Positions 54,657 through 64,000 of a DNA stretch of 64,000 nucleotides are shown here, piece by piece. Origin of the DNA: an uncultured virus (IMG/VR IMGVR_UViG_3300011337_000167) (Duplodnaviria; Heunggongvirae; Uroviricota; Caudoviricetes). Location: IMG/VR virus record IMGVR_UViG_3300011337_000167; one strand, written 5' to 3'. The position numbers were made by a program, and so were the translations under genes. Position 1 is the stretch's first letter. Each line of letters starts with the position of its first letter. The notes under the pieces are model-generated. The model was given only the letters and a program-made list of their open reading frames with translations, ran no database searches and was not told where the DNA came from.

Positions 54657-57497
54657 ATGGCAAATATAGACCTACTAAACAGAGTGCAAAGCCCCAATGG
54701 GTGGCTGACCGTGCTCGGCTTAAAAGGTAAATCTGCTATACAAGAGCTTGTTCAAACACGAGAAGAATTCGATAAGCACGTAGAAGACTTTCTGTCTAAG
54801 GGCAGAGATGTTTATTTTGGTGTCGCTAAGTTTGAGACCGACTTAAACCGCAAGAAAGAGAATGTAAAAGACCTCAAAGCATTTTGGCTTGACTTGGATT
54901 GTGGTGAAGCAAAAGCAGAAGTAAATCCAAAAACAAACCGCCCCGATGGTTATATTGACCAAGTAGCAGGTCTTCAAGCTCTACAAGATTTCTGCAAATT
55001 AATCGGATTACCCAAGCCTTTACTTGTTAATTCAGGTAGGGGCATCCATGCGTACTGGCCTCTTACTAAACCTATTACTCGGGAAGAATGGGAACCAGTT
55101 GCTAATCGTTTGAACGAACTATGCGTATTGCATAACCTTTATGTCGATGCAAGTGTATTTGAGATAGCCCGAGTGCTTAGAGTGCCCGGAACATTAAACT
55201 TTAAAGATAATCCACCTAAACCAGTAGAAGTAATTTCAGATGCACCCGATGTAGATTACGAGGCATTTAAGAACCTTTTGGGTGTTAAAGAAGCACCAAA
55301 GAAACCTACTGCACCCAAAGAGTTAAGTGAGTTACAAAAAGCCATGGCTGCTAATACCGTATCTCGGTTTAGCAAAATTATGATTCGCAGTGCAAATGGC
55401 GAAGGGTGCGCACAATTACTGTATCAGTATCAAAATCAAGAGTCTGTATCCGAACCTATGTGGTTCAATGCGTTATCCATTGCACACCGATGCGTGGACA
55501 GAGAGACTGCAATCCATAAGATTTCAGAGAATCACCCTGAATATTCACCCGAGAATACGGAGGAAAAAGCAAGCCATACAGCGTTTGCTCAGCGTTGCAG
55601 TACGTTTGAGAAAAATAACCCAGGTGGTTGTGAAGGTTGCCAATGGAAGGGACGCATCGGTTCTCCTATTGCATTAGGCAGAGAAATAGTTAAAGCAGAA
55701 GATACAGAAGTCCACGACACACAAGAGATAGAAGATGCGGTTACATACAAAATACCTTCTTTCCCGTTCCCATACTTCCGTGGGAAGAACGGTGGCATCT
55801 ACATCACTATTAAAGATGAAGAGGAATCAGAACCAATTTGTGTATACGAACACGATTTGTATGTTGTAAAGCGTATGCACGATCCAGACCCTGCGGTTGG
55901 AGAACTTGTATTACTACGTTTGCATTTACCTAAAGACGGTGTGCGGGAGTTTACGATTCCGCTTTCTACCGTAGCAGTAAAAGAAAGATTACGTGAAGCG
56001 TTGTCAACAAAAGGCGTCGCTGGGATGCCAAAGCAGATGGATCAGTTGATGGCGTTTTTAATGTTATTTATTAAAGAGTTGCAATATAAAGGAAGGGCAG
56101 AATTAATGAGGACACAATTTGGCTGGGTGGATAAGAACAGCAAGTTTATTATTGGCGATAGAGAGATTAGCAAAGACGGCACATTCCACAGCCCACCTTC
56201 TGCAAACACAAGGCAGTTCACCGAAGTTATGCACCCCATGGGTACGCTAGAGAAATGGAAGGAAGTGTTTAATCTGTATGGCGCCCCTGGATTAGAACCC
56301 CATGCGTTTGCTGCGCTTACTGCGTTTGGCGCGCCGCTTCTTAAGTTTACTGGTCATAGCGGAGCAATCATAAACCTGATTCACAAAGAGTCAGGCACAG
56401 GTAAATCTACTGCTTTGTATATGTGTAATAGCGTGTACGGACACCCTGATAGGCTAGCTGGAATTTGGAAAGACACCCTAGCCGCCAAGATGTTGCATAT
56501 AGGCATTATGAATAACCTGCCGTTTACGATTGATGAGATTACCAACATTAGCCCTGCCGAGTTTTCTACGCTGGCTTATAGCATGTCACAAGGTCGTGGT
56601 GCTAATAGGTCTAGGTCAGATAAAAACGAGATGCGTATTAACAACACCACTTGGCAGACCATATCGTTGGCTAGTTCAAACGCTAGTTTCTACGAGAAGT
56701 TAGGGGTGCACAAGAACAGTCCGGATGGTGAGAGCATGCGCCTATTAGAGTATCAGATACATCCAAGCAATATTATCCCTGTACATGTGGCTAAGGAGAT
56801 GTTCGACCACCAACTTAAAGAAAATTATGGGCATGCTGGGGACATCTATTGCAGTTACTTAGTTAATAACTTAGAAGATACGGTCAGCAACTTGTTGGCT
56901 ATCCAGCAGAAGATTGATAAAGAGATGCGCCTAACCAGCAAAGAGCGTTTTTGGTCTGCTGCTATTGCTTGTAATATTACAGGCGGTTTGGTTGCCCGTA
57001 TGCTTGGGTTGCATGACTACGATATGAAGGCTATTTATGCTTGGTCTATGCAGATGCTTTCCACAGTACGGCAAGACATCGCACCTCCAGCTAATAACGC
57101 CGCAGCTATTATTGGTGACTACATTAACCGTAATATTCAAAATATGTTGGTTGTAAACAACGAAGTAGACAAGCGTACTAATATGCACTCGGCACCCGTA
57201 CAGGAGCCAAGAGGCGAGCTAAGGATACGCTACGAACCCGATACTAAGATGATGTACATCGTAGCCAAAGACTTTAAAAAGGATTGTGTGGAGTCACAAG
57301 CCCCATACAAAGAGACTCTTAACGAGCTAAAAGCTCGAGGTGTTTACACAAAAGCCGATACTAAGCAGATGTCCAAAGGCATGCGTGTTACATCTCCGGG
57401 GGTGCATGCATTGTTTTTTGACTGCTCTGTGCCTGATTTTATTGACATGGATGCGGTCGTAGCGCCGATTATCGAAAATGTTAGTAGAGAAGATTAG
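54657..57497 (+). CDS. Primase (RepB'-like) fused to DUF927-type helicase
   Basis: WLDLD, NSGRGIHAYW, RVLRVPGT.N; SGTGKST, IDE. Confidence 0.85.
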   Translation: MANIDLLNRVQSPNGWLTVLGLKGKSAIQELVQTREEFDKHVEDFLSKGRDVYFGVAKFETDLNRKKENVKDLKAFWLDLDCGEAKAEVNPKTNRPDGYIDQVAGLQALQDFCKLIGLPKPLLVNSGRGIHAYWPLTKPITREEWEPVANRLNELCVLHNLYVDASVFEIARVLRVPGTLNFKDNPPKPVEVISDAPDVDYEAFKNLLGVKEAPKKPTAPKELSELQKAMAANTVSRFSKIMIRSANGEGCAQLLYQYQNQESVSEPMWFNALSIAHRCVDRETAIHKISENHPEYSPENTEEKASHTAFAQRCSTFEKNNPGGCEGCQWKGRIGSPIALGREIVKAEDTEVHDTQEIEDAVTYKIPSFPFPYFRGKNGGIYITIKDEEESEPICVYEHDLYVVKRMHDPDPAVGELVLLRLHLPKDGVREFTIPLSTVAVKERLREALSTKGVAGMPKQMDQLMAFLMLFIKELQYKGRAELMRTQFGWVDKNSKFIIGDREISKDGTFHSPPSANTRQFTEVMHPMGTLEKWKEVFNLYGAPGLEPHAFAALTAFGAPLLKFTGHSGAIINLIHKESGTGKSTALYMCNSVYGHPDRLAGIWKDTLAAKMLHIGIMNNLPFTIDEITNISPAEFSTLAYSMSQGRGANRSRSDKNEMRINNTTWQTISLASSNASFYEKLGVHKNSPDGESMRLLEYQIHPSNIIPVHVAKEMFDHQLKENYGHAGDIYCSYLVNNLEDTVSNLLAIQQKIDKEMRLTSKERFWSAAIACNITGGLVARMLGLHDYDMKAIYAWSMQMLSTVRQDIAPPANNAAAIIGDYINRNIQNMLVVNNEVDKRTNMHSAPVQEPRGELRIRYEPDTKMMYIVAKDFKKDCVESQAPYKETLNELKARGVYTKADTKQMSKGMRVTSPGVHALFFDCSVPDFIDMDAVVAPIIENVSRED

Positions 57498-57672
57498 TTA
57501 TAACGTCAACTGGAAAAACTTTAAGACAGGGTATTCAATCTTCATACCTTGCCTTGATCCTGACGTTGCTAAGAAAGACATTCTGCGTGTTACAAAAAGA
57601 CTGAAGATGGAAGTTTTGTTTAAAGTAGTAATAGAAGAAGGTGTAAAAGGTTTACGCATCTGGAGAATTTAA
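57478..57672 (+). CDS. Small conserved protein
   Basis: GYSIFIPC..GLRIWR. Confidence 0.65.
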   Translation: MLVEKISYNVNWKNFKTGYSIFIPCLDPDVAKKDILRVTKRLKMEVLFKVVIEEGVKGLRIWRI

Positions 57673-57762
57673 CTATACTCGAGCACAGAACAGCTCGTCT
57701 GTTTCTCCTCGGAAGTTAGCTCCTTCCACACTCTTTGCCCCCGCCTCGTGCGGGGGTTTTTT
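57651..57762 (+). ncRNA. Candidate ~75-nt sRNA with own promoter and terminator
   Basis: TTTACG-17-TATACT (57651-57679), two hairpins, terminator 57738-57762. Confidence 0.5.
57738..57762 (+). terminator. Terminator at convergence of arms
   Basis: CCCCCGC-CTCGT-GCGGGGG-TTTTTT. Confidence 0.8.
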
Positions 57763-60700
57763 ATTTGTACTGCGGAGAACGAGTGCCTTCTACTAATGGG
57801 TAGACAAATGGAGCTTCTTTATCTGAGACAGATAACCCTTGATATGCTTTGCCACGACGCTCAGCACGAGACTGCAACGACTTACTAACTGTTTCACCAT
57901 TAATGGCTAGCATTGCATTCTTAGTATTAAATTTATCTATTTCTTCTAATATCTTGTCAATCTTGTCGTCATCATCCTGACGCACTGCAATATCTAAACG
58001 ATTTAATATATTTTGTTTTTCTCTGTTTATCTCTGTCACTATCTGTTTAGCCATAAAGTTAGCCTTTTGTACTTGCGCCACTTCGGTGCTTCCAAAGCCT
58101 AAAGTTTGTGCAAGCAGTTTGCCTGTTGTGTAGAACTCTGGGTTCATCAACTCATCACCTTTAGTAGTAGTTGCGCCTTCGCTCTTTAGCCTCATTGAGG
58201 TTAAACCACCTCTAAGCCACGCTGGAGAAAGTTTTTCAAAAGCCCTACTAACCTGCCCATTATTCCAATCGTCGTAAGCACCTGCAAAATTTGCACCCAC
58301 GCTACCAATTGGACCAGTCCAACTAAACGCAAAGTTTATAAATGCTTGACGAGAAGTTTCTGCAGGAGCATCACTTCTAAACCACAACCCATCTAAAGAA
58401 GTAGAAGTACCTACGTTTAAATCGGTATAAGCAGATATTGGACCCATTTCAACACCACGAGATAACGTAGCAGCTTGCTCTTCAGTTAAGTTAAAGAAGT
58501 TAGCTAGACTGCTATCGGGACCAAAGTAGCTAGGAATAAACGAATTTCTAAACCATAAGTCTAAGCTGCGTTTACCAAGGGGATTACCTTCGTCGTCTTC
58601 GTCGTAGTCTTCGTCTTCTTCATCTCGAAGTAGTTCACGCATACCTTCTGCCATACCCATAATAAAGCTATATAAAGGGAAACCTGTAACACCAGCAAAT
58701 AGACCAGTCATACCCAGTGTGCCAAAGAACTTAATAGCCGCTTCTTTCTTTTCTTCTTTATTCAATAATGGCAGCATGCCGTAGAAGTTACGTACTAAAT
58801 ACGATGTCATCTGTAGCGGGTAGGTCAAGAACTGGAATGCTAAGCGTCCAGCAGCACTCTTCATTGGGGGCGGTTTGTTGTATTGAGTGTAGTTAAATAA
58901 AGCATCGTAGGTTAGCTTTAGGGCTCTTTTAGTAGCTGCATCAAACGCAGCCTTGTCGTCCATACCCTTTTGCTTTGCGTCTGCGTAAGCTAGTTCAAAA
59001 CTGGACATGAACATAATTTCACGAGAAATACGCTCAGCGTGGTGGAATGCGCCACCCATTAAATTAAATGTAAACCTAGTCCCTCTTTCTACTAAACCTT
59101 GATAACGAGTACTGGGGGCTGCAGCCATTGCCGTCATATCCCCTGCATAGGTAGACATAAATATATCTTTGTCATTGGCAAAGTTCCAAGCGTCTTTTAG
59201 TACTTTTCTGTACGCTAAATTTTTGTGTTCGTTTACGTACTTAGAGTCATTAATAGATGGCTGACCCCACGAAGTTACTACGTTTCCGTTCTCGTCTTTT
59301 TTAGTTGTGCCAAATTTATTCCATAAAGCACCATACCTAGCAGCAGTTGCAGTAGCTTTGCCAATACCAAACTCAGCCCCAAGGGTAGGTAAGCCAACAA
59401 TCGGTAGCTGGGTCATCTGTACTAATGCAGATTTAGGAGAAGTCAGAAGCCAATAGAACACAAACTTATTACCAATGGAAGCAACTTGATCCCAATCAAG
59501 CCCTTCTTCAGGCACTGTGGGAGTAATTTCATTAATAGCTCGGTTACTAACTTCTCTAATAATAGTAGCTAGCTTTAGCTTATCCGGATTTTGCTGTATC
59601 TCTGCATATGCAGCAGCTATGCCATTGCGAATCTTATCTGAGTACTTTAGTCGAGCTAGCTGATTAGCAGCGGTATGCTGGCTAACAATAAAGTTGCGGA
59701 TTGCATCGGCACTAAAACCAGTCTTGCCTTGGCGGTGTACAAACTTACGACGGATGTCCTTATCTGGTAGAGTCATCAAGTACATTTGATAGATATTGTC
59801 TTTAACAGCATCAATATCCGACATCTTGTTTTTATCTAACATTGCAAAGATTTCTTTAAGCATATCGCTAGATTCAATATGTTTTTCTCTTAGTTTGCGA
59901 ATGTCATTTCCAATATCTATGTCGCCATCGGCAATCATCTGGTCTTTAGTACGCTTGTCCCCAGCTTTATTAAGTTCAGCAACACGGGCTTCAATGGCGT
60001 TGTTACGAGCAACTTCCCCTTCAAACATATAGAACTCGCCACTCTTGCCCTTGCCTACGCTAAACCAGAAGTTACCATAACGCATTAATGGGAAATAAAC
60101 CTCAAGTTGTTTAGCTTCTTGGAAAGTTTTAGTAATAGCCGCAATTAATTTGCCTTTTGGAGTAGACGCATCGTTAATATCTCCAGGTACGTTAGAAGCC
60201 GCAATCTTTTCTTTTAGCAACTGCTCATGCGTGTCAAAGGTTTTTTTGTAGCTATCTTTAGCCATCTTATATATGGCATGCCCTTCGCCTTTTCCAAATT
60301 TACCTAACTGCTCCCAACCACCCATGGTGTATTTCTCACCAGTAACAGGGTTGTTATAAGCGCCGCCTTCATACACTAATTTAATTGCTGCAGTGCGCTC
60401 AGTTCTTTGTTTTTTAAGGTTAGGTAAAGTTTTAGGGTCCGTAGACGGATTAAGAATGTCATTTTCAATGCGCTGTAACTTAGGATCATTCTTTATAGCG
60501 GTTGCCGCATCGGGGTGTTTAGTAGGGTCTACCTCTAACAAAGTAGATGCGTTAATTAAATCCGCAAGTATATTGCCGCCTTCTTCGTATTTTTCATTAA
60601 AGTTAATCCAAGCAGGAGTTTTTTCAGCAAGCTCACGGATCATTTGCACCCGCATGCCAGCCATGTCGTCTACAGCGTTGTTAATGACTTTTAGGTTATT

Positions 60701-63700
60701 AATTTTGTCCCCAGCTATGCGGGTAATGTCTTCTGTTGTAAAAGCTTTTAACGCAAGCTTTAATTTGGTAACACTTATAGCACCATAAATAGCCTTCATC
60801 AAACGAATAGCATCGCTGGCATTTCTAACCTGCATTATTAACTCGCCAATTGAACCGTTTAATGTGGAGTTTCTATTAGATAATCGAATCTTTCTAAGCA
60901 AAGTTTCTACAAGTTTTAATTGCTTAGGTGGTTTAGGTGCTTTTGGCGGTGCAGGTTGTTTTGCTTTGGCTGCTACTGGTTCCCCAGGAACCGTTACTTC
61001 TGGCATTGGTGCAGCTAGCAGCTTATTTGTAACAATAATCAAATCTTGGAGAGCAGAAGTATGCTTCTCGTCCATACTAAACAACTGACGTATGCTTTGT
61101 ACAAATTTATTAAATAGCCTATCAACAAAATTAGGCGGAGCACCTGCAAGTACACCTGGAGAAAGAAGTAAAAATTCTTGCATAGCAGGCAAAGACATGC
61201 CGTAAGCCACAAACTCTTTAACGTCAGTAAAAGCGTCATTAGGTATTTCTAGCATTTCTGGGGTGAGTAAACCTAAATTGCCAGTCTCCAAAGCTTGAGC
61301 AAAGAGAGCATCATAGTTATCTTTTGCCCGTATCATCAAAGCCATAAGCTCTGCCACTGGACGCAAAGAATTAGGAATAGGTTTCTTTGCTTCTCTTAAT
61401 TCTAGATAGGCATTAATACGGGCAACGGTTGCAGCGTGTAAAGCTTCGTGTAACACAACAGTATTGTTAATACCGCCGCTACGCATTACATAAATAGTAT
61501 TTCTGTCAGGTACATATAAACCTGCTGCTCCCATCATTTTGTCTCGTAGGAATGCAGTAGGCATATCGTCTGCACTATCTACTACAACAAACTTAACTCC
61601 GTTAAGGAAAGGGAGTAACCGTCTAGCTAGTATTTTTTCAAAGGGGTTGCCGTTATTAGCAATCCAACTTACTGCGCTTCGTGCGTTATTGTATTTTTCA
61701 AAGACAGTGTTATCCTGCCCATTAGTAGATTCTGACATTTGGGCACGGCTAGGTGCGCCTATTCTTTGCTTAGCCTCGTATCTTAGTTTACCTAACTCAC
61801 GTTCTTGCGGGTCAGCTTTCTCTAATGCTGCAGTTGCTCTAGTACCTGCGGTTTTTTTCTTTTGGTTGGGGTCAACGGATAAACCATATGCAACCGATAG
61901 AGCATCTATGCGTTCTTGCCTTAAACCATACAAAATATCCTGAGCTTCTTTCTCACTGGCAGAGCGTTCAAGAATAGCGGCTTCGTCAACTGTTTGAGCT
62001 AAAGTTTTTTCGGCTTTAGCAATTGCATTGATAGCATCCCGTCCAGAAGCTATTTGCTGTTTTTTAGTCGCAGCGGCAGCGGCTATTTGTTCTGGAGTTT
62101 TTGCAGCGGCTGGTCTGCCACGAGGTTTGCCTGTTTTGACTGGGGGTGCTGAAGGTGTTACTTCAGTTGTTGTAGTTGGTTGCCCAGTAAGTTCTGCAAC
62201 CCTTTTGTCTCTTCTTGGTTGGCTTTCTTTAGTAAAAGCATCCCATTCATCATCTATTTTTTGCAGCAATTCTTTAGCTTTTCTGGTCTCTTCACTAGTT
62301 TGTGCTCTTTTAACTTTTAAGTCTGCAGCGTTTCTTCTTTTCTCTAGCTTTTTAAGTGTTTGTAAATCTTCTTCCGCAGTAGGCTCTACAGAAGTAGTGG
62401 TAGGTGCACCCATACCAGCCGCAACTTGTTTTTGCCGTAAGCTTTCTGTAGCGGCAGCGGTTGCTTGCTCGTCGGTTAAGTTGTATTTAACTTTTAAGTC
62501 TGCAGCTAGTGTATTGAGTTCAGTTCCTTCTCCGCCTCCAACAGCAGTAGTAGTTGTGCCAGCTGCTGCCAGGTCTCCTCCGGTAGTGTCAATAGCTCCC
62601 GTGTCGGTTTCGCTTGGTTTGCCAGGCACAGAAACGCCTGGTTGATCTGCTCCACCGATAGTTGATTCAGTTCCATCTAATAGCCCTCCTTGCAAAATAG
62701 CATCGCCTGCAACGGCGTAGGCTTCTTGTTCAGTATATGGTTGATTTGTATCTGGATTAACTGAAGCCTTTAGCTTCTCAACAGTCTCATTAAACTGCTG
62801 ACCTAAATTGTCTAAAGCACCAGGGGCATTAAGCTTATCAAGGATTTTCTTTTGATCTTCAACGGCTTTAGCTTCTGCTTCTCTTTTAGCAATTGTAGAT
62901 GGCAAGCGCTCATAAGCCTCACGTCCACCAAATGCTGCTGTCTCTAATAAACTAGTTGGACCTTCACCAACGGCTTCCATAAGGACTTGCCCAGGCTTTT
63001 TAATCTCTCCTTCGGTAGCAAGTTGAGCAGCTGCTTCACCACCAGCTCCGCTAATTACTTGTGCGGCGGGTTGGGCTACACCGATATTGACCGCTTCTTT
63101 TGCTACTTGGTTCTTTATTACTGTCTTAGGCACAAGCAATTTACCAGCTAATCCAGCAGCAGCCGTATCTACAGCGCCAATAATAGAAGCCCTTGTCATT
63201 GCATGCTCGTAAGCTTTAGCAAATAAAGTTGGATCATTTAACGCTTTATTAACAGCGGCAGGGTCTTTTACATTTACCCCTTGCTCTTGGAAGTATTCTG
63301 TAATACCCGAAGATAACTCACTAGCAAAGCTAGTACTACCCATAGCCATTGCACCAACTCTAGGATTACGGGTTACTGCGCCTAATACAAGTGCAGGTAC
63401 TAGTTGTGGGACGCTCTCTAAGGACACGCTAGCCATGACACCCAAAGGATCAACTTGGAACGCATCAAATGCTTGCCGTGCCGTCTTTACATCAGACAAA
63501 GCTTCTATCGTAGGTCTTTTTCTATATTGAGCAGCTTCAGCCTGGGTCTCCATTAGCTTTTGTTGAGATTGAGCTTGAGCGCCCTGTAACTCTTTAAGTC
63601 TAGCTTCTGCCGCTTCTGGTGTTAGTGGTCTGCCAAGAGGGTCTGTAGCCTTACCTTCTCGGATTAAATTGATTTCGTTTTGAATGTTGGCAACTTGAAC

Positions 63701-64000
63701 ACCAGGCAATATTCCTTTTGCAGCTGCATAGCCAGACTTTAACGGGTCAGTTATACGTTGTAAGAACGGTACTTCTCTTTCGTACTTTGCAGTCTCTTCT
63801 GCTAATTGTTTCTTTTGTTGCTCAGTTAACCCTGTGCTTGGTTGTACTGTAGGTTCAGCTTGGGTTGTTACTTCTTCTGGGCTAAGTATGGGTGCAGTTA
63901 CAGAAGCAGGGGCGGCTTTAGGTTTATCTTTAGAAAGAAGATGAGTCAATATCTCAGTATCAGGAACGCCTGCTTCCCTAGCCCCAGCTAAGTTGTACTT
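57761..64000 (-). CDS. Very large virion/ejection (polyvalent-like) protein, 5' end off window
   Basis: >2062 aa open to window edge; VVLHEALH zincin-like motif; helical C-terminal half. Confidence 0.7.
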   Translation of the reverse strand, partial: KYNLAGAREAGVPDTEILTHLLSKDKPKAAPASVTAPILSPEEVTTQAEPTVQPSTGLTEQQKKQLAEETAKYEREVPFLQRITDPLKSGYAAAKGILPGVQVANIQNEINLIREGKATDPLGRPLTPEAAEARLKELQGAQAQSQQKLMETQAEAAQYRKRPTIEALSDVKTARQAFDAFQVDPLGVMASVSLESVPQLVPALVLGAVTRNPRVGAMAMGSTSFASELSSGITEYFQEQGVNVKDPAAVNKALNDPTLFAKAYEHAMTRASIIGAVDTAAAGLAGKLLVPKTVIKNQVAKEAVNIGVAQPAAQVISGAGGEAAAQLATEGEIKKPGQVLMEAVGEGPTSLLETAAFGGREAYERLPSTIAKREAEAKAVEDQKKILDKLNAPGALDNLGQQFNETVEKLKASVNPDTNQPYTEQEAYAVAGDAILQGGLLDGTESTIGGADQPGVSVPGKPSETDTGAIDTTGGDLAAAGTTTTAVGGGEGTELNTLAADLKVKYNLTDEQATAAATESLRQKQVAAGMGAPTTTSVEPTAEEDLQTLKKLEKRRNAADLKVKRAQTSEETRKAKELLQKIDDEWDAFTKESQPRRDKRVAELTGQPTTTTEVTPSAPPVKTGKPRGRPAAAKTPEQIAAAAATKKQQIASGRDAINAIAKAEKTLAQTVDEAAILERSASEKEAQDILYGLRQERIDALSVAYGLSVDPNQKKKTAGTRATAALEKADPQERELGKLRYEAKQRIGAPSRAQMSESTNGQDNTVFEKYNNARSAVSWIANNGNPFEKILARRLLPFLNGVKFVVVDSADDMPTAFLRDKMMGAAGLYVPDRNTIYVMRSGGINNTVVLHEALHAATVARINAYLELREAKKPIPNSLRPVAELMALMIRAKDNYDALFAQALETGNLGLLTPEMLEIPNDAFTDVKEFVAYGMSLPAMQEFLLLSPGVLAGAPPNFVDRLFNKFVQSIRQLFSMDEKHTSALQDLIIVTNKLLAAPMPEVTVPGEPVAAKAKQPAPPKAPKPPKQLKLVETLLRKIRLSNRNSTLNGSIGELIMQVRNASDAIRLMKAIYGAISVTKLKLALKAFTTEDITRIAGDKINNLKVINNAVDDMAGMRVQMIRELAEKTPAWINFNEKYEEGGNILADLINASTLLEVDPTKHPDAATAIKNDPKLQRIENDILNPSTDPKTLPNLKKQRTERTAAIKLVYEGGAYNNPVTGEKYTMGGWEQLGKFGKGEGHAIYKMAKDSYKKTFDTHEQLLKEKIAASNVPGDINDASTPKGKLIAAITKTFQEAKQLEVYFPLMRYGNFWFSVGKGKSGEFYMFEGEVARNNAIEARVAELNKAGDKRTKDQMIADGDIDIGNDIRKLREKHIESSDMLKEIFAMLDKNKMSDIDAVKDNIYQMYLMTLPDKDIRRKFVHRQGKTGFSADAIRNFIVSQHTAANQLARLKYSDKIRNGIAAAYAEIQQNPDKLKLATIIREVSNRAINEITPTVPEEGLDWDQVASIGNKFVFYWLLTSPKSALVQMTQLPIVGLPTLGAEFGIGKATATAARYGALWNKFGTTKKDENGNVVTSWGQPSINDSKYVNEHKNLAYRKVLKDAWNFANDKDIFMSTYAGDMTAMAAAPSTRYQGLVERGTRFTFNLMGGAFHHAERISREIMFMSSFELAYADAKQKGMDDKAAFDAATKRALKLTYDALFNYTQYNKPPPMKSAAGRLAFQFLTYPLQMTSYLVRNFYGMLPLLNKEEKKEAAIKFFGTLGMTGLFAGVTGFPLYSFIMGMAEGMRELLRDEEDEDYDEDDEGNPLGKRSLDLWFRNSFIPSYFGPDSSLANFFNLTEEQAATLSRGVEMGPISAYTDLNVGTSTSLDGLWFRSDAPAETSRQAFINFAFSWTGPIGSVGANFAGAYDDWNNGQVSRAFEKLSPAWLRGGLTSMRLKSEGATTTKGDELMNPEFYTTGKLLAQTLGFGSTEVAQVQKANFMAKQIVTEINREKQNILNRLDIAVRQDDDDKIDKILEEIDKFNTKNAMLAINGETVSKSLQSRAERRGKAYQGLSVSDKEAPFVYPLVEGTRSPQYK

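Noticed and set aside
265..62645. Many opposite-strand ORFs in the track (e.g. 5206-5616, 23513-24061, 46624-47181, 62028-62645)
   Set aside because: Shadow ORFs antisense to well-supported genes, with no RBS or motifs.
57761..64000. Virion RNA polymerase
   Set aside because: No recognisable single-subunit RNAP motifs; early promoters are host sigma70 type.

Overview
Most of the genome of a tailed dsDNA phage with podovirus-like architecture; both ends fall inside virion/ejection genes. Minus strand 33959->1: TerS, TerL, portal, GroES, scaffold, Mu gpT-like capsid, small Lys-rich proteins, adaptors, many tail-fibre genes (one interrupted by an HNH), lysis genes, tail tube/stabiliser, ejection-type proteins and a GNAT. 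Plus strand 34602->57672: early region with strong sigma70 promoters, an AAA+/vWA pair, then replication genes (VRR-NUC, family A polymerase, PD-(D/E)XK nuclease, SNF2 helicase, SSB-like, primase-helicase). A >2000 aa gene converges from the right end. No integrase, tRNA or CRISPR was seen. The strongest unexplained signal is a 13-15 bp palindrome, CCTAACAWTGTTAGG, which I counted by eye 21 times, only within 34.3-45.8 kb, including inside ORFs in two different codon phases; it brackets two paralogous first-early genes. Other signals: a perfect chromosomal-type parS site, an iteron/IHF-rich origin-like tract, several candidate structured RNAs, a candidate anti-Shine-Dalgarno sRNA and a compensated frameshift. 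All calls rest on motif recognition by eye; no searches were run.
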